Assembly (NCBI RefSeq): GCF_001659705.1
Contig: NZ_CP015971.1
Span: forward strand, 2,171,029-2,235,028
Reading direction: 5' to 3'
Origin: Arachidicoccus sp. BS20
GTDB taxonomy: Bacteria > Bacteroidota > Bacteroidia > Chitinophagales > Chitinophagaceae
Length of the DNA: 64,000 bases
The notes beneath the pieces were generated by a model. The model did not search any database, had not been told where the DNA came from, and saw nothing but the letters and a program-made list of their open reading frames with translations. Numbering within the stretch: the stretch's first letter is position 1; each line of letters starts with the position of its first letter. The position numbers and the translations under genes were made by a program. This document shows, one piece after another, positions 58,737 through 64,000 of this stretch.

Positions 58737-59333
58737 TTAAACGCCGAGAAATCTCGCAAAAAGAAAAATGGCGAATATTGAAAGAGATGTGGATTCCTTC
58801 AGTACATAATGTTTGAGAAACTTGGCAGAATCTTTCACGTAACCGCGTACTGTTTCGGCAGATACGCCCATTTGGTCAGCAGCTTCTTCATAAGATTTGC
58901 CGTAGATACGGCACAATGTGAATGCCGACTTCTTTTGCGGAGAAAGCAGTTCTATGCCTGCATTAAGTATGGTTAGTTTTTCTTCATAAGCAGCTTCTGA
59001 AGTTCCTTCTTCAACCGGAATCATATCGTGCTTAGCTTCATCAAAAACAGCAAGGCTTTGCTTAATAGACTTTTTCAAAAACTCCAATGACTTATAATAG
59101 CTCGCCGAAAACAGCCAGCCGCCTATTTCCTGTTCCGAAGTAAGCTTTTCCCGGCGCGACCACAGTAGCAGAAACACATCCTGTAAAATATCTTCTGCAT
59201 TGGTTTCATCATTTACCAATTTGCGGATATTAGCATAAACCGCATTGTGATATTTCTTATACAGATAAGCAAAAACGGCTTCATCATTCTTCTTCAACTT
59301 CTCAATAAGCTCCCGGTTAGAGAATATACTCAT
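58737..59333 (-). CDS. ECF-subfamily RNA polymerase sigma-70 factor
   Basis: Region 2 (DVFLLLW) and region 4 HTH (CRIYGKSYEEAADQMGVS), 198 aa. Confidence 0.8.
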   Translation of the reverse strand: MSIFSNRELIEKLKKNDEAVFAYLYKKYHNAVYANIRKLVNDETNAEDILQDVFLLLWSRREKLTSEQEIGGWLFSASYYKSLEFLKKSIKQSLAVFDEAKHDMIPVEEGTSEAAYEEKLTILNAGIELLSPQKKSAFTLCRIYGKSYEEAADQMGVSAETVRGYVKDSAKFLKHYVLKESTSLSIFAIFLFARFLGV

Positions 59334-59583
59334 GGAATATCATCATTTTGCCGGCAAAAATAGACTCAAGAGAAAAGGTTACTTCAATGTTAATGATTAA
59401 GAAAATATTATTTCTGCATTGTGTATTGATTATATTAATGTTATTTATTAGCGAGAATTGTTATTTCAACAGCAGATCGGGTCTTGGAAATTTCAACTTT
59501 ATCGCTACGCCGAAATTTATGACTAATTAGAAAGCTCAATATAGCAGTAAAACGTGCAATTTACCAGATGCATGCAGTATGTG

Positions 59584-60561
59584 CTAAAAGGTCGTTGAAG
59601 TCAATCGTTCCCAATTTGCAAAAGCAAATTTTTCTTTATCATCACTATTCAAATTTGTTGCTTCCAGAAAATTGCGCGCATCCCTTCCTGCACGGTATTG
59701 ATAAGGATAATCCGAAGAAAAAAGAATTCTGTCCGCGCCAATAATCTCAACGGAACGTTGTAAATAATTTTGGCTGAACATTCCGCTTGCGGTTACATAC
59801 AAATTTTGGCGAACATAATCTATGAACTGTTTATCAAGTTTTGCAGCTCTTCCCAGCGAAGCCAGTCTTTCAGCATAAAATAAAATCACTTCGCCCCAAT
59901 GTCCGAGAATGATTTGAAGATTGGGAAAACGGTCGAAAACTTTTGCCAATACCATGCGAACAAATTGTATTCCGGCTTCGTAATGCCAACCTAATCCGTA
60001 AGTGGAAAAAGCAAGATTTGTGTCATCGTCAAAGCCGGAATAGTAAATATCTCTTACGGCTTTTTGCGGAATTTGCGGATGAATAAACAAAGGAACGCCA
60101 AGCGTTTCCGCACATTCAAACAATTCCCAAAAATCTTTGTGGTCTAAATTTTTTTCGCGTGTGCGACCGCAAAGCATTGCGCCTTTTAAGCCAAGATTTT
60201 TTACGGAACGTTCCAATTCTTTCGCCGCTTCTTTCGGCACAGGCATGGGCAACGCGGCAAATCCCTGAAACCTTTCCGGATGTTTTTTAATAATCTCTGC
60301 AACATAGTCATTGGTTTGTTGCGCAAGCGCAACGCTTTCATTTCCCAGATTGTGCAGGCTCGGACTTGTGAGCGAAAGTACTTGCACATCAATGCCCGTT
60401 TCGTCCATCAGTTTCAGGCGTGTATCGCCAATGTCATCTAAGCGATTTTCGATTTCGCCAAGATGAAGATTTTGTGTAGGGTCGTCTTTATCGGCATATT
60501 TTTGCCATTCATTGCGGACGGCTTTTGTAAGAAAATGTTCTTCTATTGCGATTAATTTCAT
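59584..60561 (-). CDS. Amidohydrolase-2 (ACMSD-like metal-dependent hydrolase/decarboxylase) family protein
   Basis: IAIEEHF N-terminal His motif plus downstream H and D ligands. Confidence 0.7.
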   Translation of the reverse strand: MKLIAIEEHFLTKAVRNEWQKYADKDDPTQNLHLGEIENRLDDIGDTRLKLMDETGIDVQVLSLTSPSLHNLGNESVALAQQTNDYVAEIIKKHPERFQGFAALPMPVPKEAAKELERSVKNLGLKGAMLCGRTREKNLDHKDFWELFECAETLGVPLFIHPQIPQKAVRDIYYSGFDDDTNLAFSTYGLGWHYEAGIQFVRMVLAKVFDRFPNLQIILGHWGEVILFYAERLASLGRAAKLDKQFIDYVRQNLYVTASGMFSQNYLQRSVEIIGADRILFSSDYPYQYRAGRDARNFLEATNLNSDDKEKFAFANWERLTSTTF

Positions 60562-60584
60562 TTGACAATTTTATTTATTGTTTC

Positions 60585-61502
60585 TCAATTAAAGCTCGCC
60601 CGAAACTTTAACGGACTTTGCCTTGTCTTTGTCTTAAACAATTTGCTGAAACTTTGCGGATGTTCAAAGCCTAACTCATAAGCAATTTCGCTCACAGACA
60701 AATCGGTTGTTGAAAGTTTCTCTTTGGCTTTTTCAATCAGTTTTTCGTGAATGTGTTGTTGCGTATTTTGTCCTGTCAACACCTTTAATAGACTGCTTAA
60801 ATATTTAGGCGATACATTCAGTTCGCCGGCGATGAATTGAACGCTTGGCAATCCTTTGATTGCAACATCATCATTTTTAAAATAATCATTCAATATTTCT
60901 TCCAATCGTTCTAATATTTTGTGACTGGATTTTTCGCGGGTAATGAATTGCCGGTTATAAAACCGCTCGGAATAGTTCAGCAAAGTTTCTATTTGAGAAA
61001 TAATAATTTGCTTGCTGAACTTATCGATATTGGAATGATATTCCTGCCGGATATTTTGAATAATGCAATTGAGGGTTTCTTCTTCTTTTTCCGAAAGGAA
61101 CAAAGCTTCGTTTACGGAATAATCAAAGTATTCGTATTGCTTAATGGTTTTCGCTAAGGATGTGTTCCACAAAAAATCCCGATGAATTAATAACATCCAG
61201 CCTGAACGTTTAACTTTTGTATTTGCATCGGGTTCTATTCCGAAAATCTGGTTCGGCGAAATAAAAAACATTACGCCTTCATCAAAATCATATTCCTGCT
61301 GTCCGTATTTCATCTTCGGTGTTCCGCGCTTTACGGCAATCTGGTAAAAATCAAACATCCAATTTGTTTCGCCAATATCGGCAGGGCGTTCGATTTTTGA
61401 ATAATCTATCACGCTAATCAGCGGATGCTCCGGCGCAGGCAATCCGCGCGACTGATGAAATTCGCTGATGGTTTTTATCCTTATCGTTTGCCGTTGTTCC
61501 AT
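60585..61502 (-). CDS. AraC-family transcriptional regulator
   Basis: C-terminal double HTH (SVSEIAYELGFEHPQSFSKLFK). Confidence 0.8.
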   Translation of the reverse strand: MEQRQTIRIKTISEFHQSRGLPAPEHPLISVIDYSKIERPADIGETNWMFDFYQIAVKRGTPKMKYGQQEYDFDEGVMFFISPNQIFGIEPDANTKVKRSGWMLLIHRDFLWNTSLAKTIKQYEYFDYSVNEALFLSEKEEETLNCIIQNIRQEYHSNIDKFSKQIIISQIETLLNYSERFYNRQFITREKSSHKILERLEEILNDYFKNDDVAIKGLPSVQFIAGELNVSPKYLSSLLKVLTGQNTQQHIHEKLIEKAKEKLSTTDLSVSEIAYELGFEHPQSFSKLFKTKTRQSPLKFRASFN

Positions 61503-61558
61503 AATACAAAAGTAGAAATTGTTTTTTTGATGAATAGTCTAATCCCACAGCGTTTGTT

Positions 61559-62278
61559 TTACCAAGCCAGTTCATCGCCGTTCCTGTCGAAAAACTTTCC
61601 CGTCGGCACATCTGCTAAGGTGGCAAATTTTACAATGATGCTTGCACCTTGTGCTGCAGTTTGCGTTCCTTGATGCTGATTGAGATTGGTTGCCGTGTAG
61701 CCCGGTTCAATGCTGATAATTCTAAAATTTGTATCCTGAAACTCCCTTGCAAGCAATACGGTAAAAGCATTCAATGCCGTTTTTGAACAACTGTACACAT
61801 CGTAAATTCTGTGATTAGGATTTTGCGAATTGCTTTGAAACGACAGCGAGCCTAACGGACTTGAAACATTTATAATTCGTGGTTCGTCCGATTTTTTCAA
61901 TAAGTCGATAAATTGCTGTGTTGTTTGTATTGCACCGAAAAAATTGGTTTCAAAAACTGTCCGCAGATTTTCCATATCAACAGTGGAAATATTCTGAGGT
62001 TGTTTGCCTGCAATGCCTGCATTATTTATCAACACATCTAAATGCGGCGTTTTATTTCCCAATTCTTTTCTTGCAGATTTTATGGATACAATATCCGTTA
62101 CATCTATTTCTATACATTCCACATTGTTCAATCCCGATGCTTTTAATTGCTCTGTTGCTTCAATTCCTTTGGATTCATCTCGACTTCCGAGATAGATATA
62201 ATAGCCAAGTTCTGCTAATTGCTTGGCAGTTTCAAAACCGATTCCCTGATTGGCACCTGTTATAAATACTGTTTTCAT
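61559..62278 (-). CDS. SDR-family short-chain dehydrogenase/reductase
   Basis: TGANQGIG Rossmann motif, N-S-Y-K catalytic residues (YSCSK). Confidence 0.85.
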   Translation of the reverse strand: MKTVFITGANQGIGFETAKQLAELGYYIYLGSRDESKGIEATEQLKASGLNNVECIEIDVTDIVSIKSARKELGNKTPHLDVLINNAGIAGKQPQNISTVDMENLRTVFETNFFGAIQTTQQFIDLLKKSDEPRIINVSSPLGSLSFQSNSQNPNHRIYDVYSCSKTALNAFTVLLAREFQDTNFRIISIEPGYTATNLNQHQGTQTAAQGASIIVKFATLADVPTGKFFDRNGDELAW

Positions 62279-62510
62279 TTTTAATTGTTTTTGTTGGTGC
62301 AAAGTTCCTCACTAAACGAAAAACAATTGTAGCCGAAAGACAGGTTGTTGTAGCCAAAAAGAATACAATTACCCGAACTGTTTTATCCATAAATGAAAGA
62401 ATTTCCAATACGCGATTTTCTGATAACTAATCTGCAAGACAAGGTTTGGAGAAATGAATTTCACTATTTTTGAGGCATTCAATACGATTTTATATTTTAA
62501 AATTTAAACA

Positions 62511-63527
62511 TTGGAACTCAATTTATCCATTCATAAAGTTGGCAATAAAGAAACAGAAACGCTTTCTTTGTCCGGTTCGGAGATTGCGGTTAACCAGGAA
62601 CTTTCTGAATTGCTTACAACTTATTTTCTTTCTTCTTTTAAATCCGAAGAATATTATCAATTACACCACGATGCGGACTTAGCGTTAAACGAAGTATATG
62701 CGTATGTTTCCGCAATCTTTGATAATGTTGCAGCGCTCCATGAACAATCGATAAACCTTGCAAAACATTTATATAATCAAAGCACGCATCCCAAAATAAA
62801 AGGCGGCGAGTTCTATGTAGCGTATTTTAAAGATGCAGCATTGAGCGGAGACAGAATGGATGCCGTCGGATTATTCAAATCGGAAAATAAAGACACTTTC
62901 TTAAAAGTATTTCCCAAAGACGAAGGCTTTGAAATAGAAAGCGAGCAGGGCATTAATATCAACAAGCTGGACAAAGGTTGCATCATCTTCAATACCGAAA
63001 AAGAAAACGGTTATATCGTATCCGTTGTGGACAATACCAATAAAGGTGCAGAAGCACAGTATTGGACGGATAATTTTTTGCATCTGCGGCAACGGCAGGA
63101 TAAATATTATAATACGGAAAATACAATGTCGTTATACAAAGATTATATTGTAAAACAATTGCCGGAAGAATATAGTGTAACGCGCGCCGACCAGGCAGAT
63201 TTCCTGAACCGTTCCATGAAATTTTTTAAAGAAAAAGATAATTTTGAACTGGACGAATTTAAAAACGAGGTACTTCAATATCCTGAATATATCAACAGTT
63301 TTGATAAATACAAAGAAGAATATGAAAAAGAGCGCGATATTGAAATCGCCGACAATTTTACTATTTCAGACGCTGCCGTAAAACGGCAAAACCGTTCTTA
63401 CAAAAGCGTGATTAAGCTGGACAAAAATTTCCATATTTATGTTCACGGCAACCGCGAATTGATTGAGCATGGCATAGACGAAAAAGGAAGAAAATTTTAC
63501 AAGATTTATTATGAGACGGAGTCTTAA
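62511..63527 (+). CDS. Nucleoid-associated protein NdpA/YejK-like
   Basis: Size and block pattern are consistent with the 37-kDa nucleoid-associated protein family. Alignment done by eye only. Confidence 0.55.
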   Translation: MELNLSIHKVGNKETETLSLSGSEIAVNQELSELLTTYFLSSFKSEEYYQLHHDADLALNEVYAYVSAIFDNVAALHEQSINLAKHLYNQSTHPKIKGGEFYVAYFKDAALSGDRMDAVGLFKSENKDTFLKVFPKDEGFEIESEQGININKLDKGCIIFNTEKENGYIVSVVDNTNKGAEAQYWTDNFLHLRQRQDKYYNTENTMSLYKDYIVKQLPEEYSVTRADQADFLNRSMKFFKEKDNFELDEFKNEVLQYPEYINSFDKYKEEYEKERDIEIADNFTISDAAVKRQNRSYKSVIKLDKNFHIYVHGNRELIEHGIDEKGRKFYKIYYETES

Positions 63528-63685
63528 TTCTTCCGGCATTCAAGCCTTATATTCCTGAAAGAAATTTTATCCAAACCAATATCTCGTCCAAAAGCATTTT
63601 GATTTTCTCAAAATAAACAGCCCGCTTAGAAAAGCAGGCTGTAGTACTTAAAAAGTACATGAGAAAAAATCATTAAACGTGTTTG

Positions 63686-64000
63686 TTATTTCACATCTTC
63701 CTGCGGCAATAATTCCAGTGATATAAAATTCTTACCGGTCAGATGTTCTTTAACCCAATTCCGAACTGTTTCCGGCGTTACGGCATCCAGGTTTTTCTGT
63801 CTGTCGAAAATATCATTCAGGTTTTCATGCACTTGTTCTTTTCCGACAATATAGCTCAGCCAGAAACCGTTGGTCTCCATAGCCTGTTCCATTTGTTTTT
63901 GATAAGCAAGTTTTACTTTCTGCACATCTTCGTCGGAAATGTTGTTTTTCATGGAATCAATTTCCTGTTCGACCATAGCTACCAAATGGTCCACATTTTT
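63686..64000 (-). CDS. C-terminal part of an unidentified protein; the gene runs past the window end
   Basis: Open frame on the minus strand reaching the window boundary. Confidence 0.3.
   Translation of the reverse strand, partial: KNVDHLVAMVEQEIDSMKNNISDEDVQKVKLAYQKQMEQAMETNGFWLSYIVGKEQVHENLNDIFDRQKNLDAVTPETVRNWVKEHLTGKNFISLELLPQEDVK

Noticed and set aside
1-64000. CRISPR array search (regular direct repeats with unique spacers)
   Set aside because: No regularly spaced direct-repeat array was seen. The repeats present are palindromic intergenic elements in single copies per locus.
1-64000. tRNA or rRNA genes
   Set aside because: No GGTTCGAATCC-type T-arm signatures, no cloverleaf-compatible 70-90-nt segments in the larger spacers, and no rRNA-like conserved blocks.

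Overview
This window looks like a Bacteroidota chromosome segment of roughly 38-42% GC with no clear Shine-Dalgarno sequences, probably from a Chitinophagia- or Sphingobacteriia-like organism; GC figures here and below are estimates by eye, not computed.

**Housekeeping genes.** These include a metE C-terminal fragment, rnz, a standalone EF-G gene, the efp/accB/accC locus, manA, xerD, pyrC, lolC/E, rbfA, an msbA-like ABC exporter, ribF, metK, panC and clpC.

**Accessory islands.**
- A low-GC type II restriction-modification pair: an SPPY beta-class methyltransferase with an overlapping endonuclease.
- A low-GC HNH-nuclease module of two overlapping genes next to xerD, with no methyltransferase nearby.
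- A TIGR02574-type antitoxin with a RelE/ParE toxin.

**Four-helix-bundle cassettes.** Two copies of the small four-helix-bundle gene (the so-called 23S rRNA intervening-sequence protein) sit inside operon spacers. One lies between lolC/E and rbfA and is bracketed by a perfect 26-bp inverted repeat. The other splits accB from accC and has imperfect palindromic flanks.

**Other loci.**
- A LysR regulator paired with a YeiH-family membrane protein.
- A two-component system beside a spondin-domain lipoprotein and a periplasmic redox-repair cluster (peroxiredoxin, thioredoxin, ABM, DoxX, MsrA, MsrB). Three of the secreted redox enzymes share Met-rich N-terminal motifs.
- An ECF-sigma / FecR / SusC / SusD / alkaline-phosphatase-family locus.

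**Intergenic repeats.** Several short repeat families recur in intergenic DNA:
- A CACAGAG/CTCTGTG palindromic element in at least three copies.
- A CGCAGA-iterated relative of that element.
- An element of about 80 bp in two inverted copies.
- TTTGCAAAT-type palindromes.

No CRISPR array, rRNA or tRNA was found. The most likely candidates for undescribed biology are the IR-flanked four-helix-bundle cassettes inside mRNA operons and the orphan HNH two-gene module.
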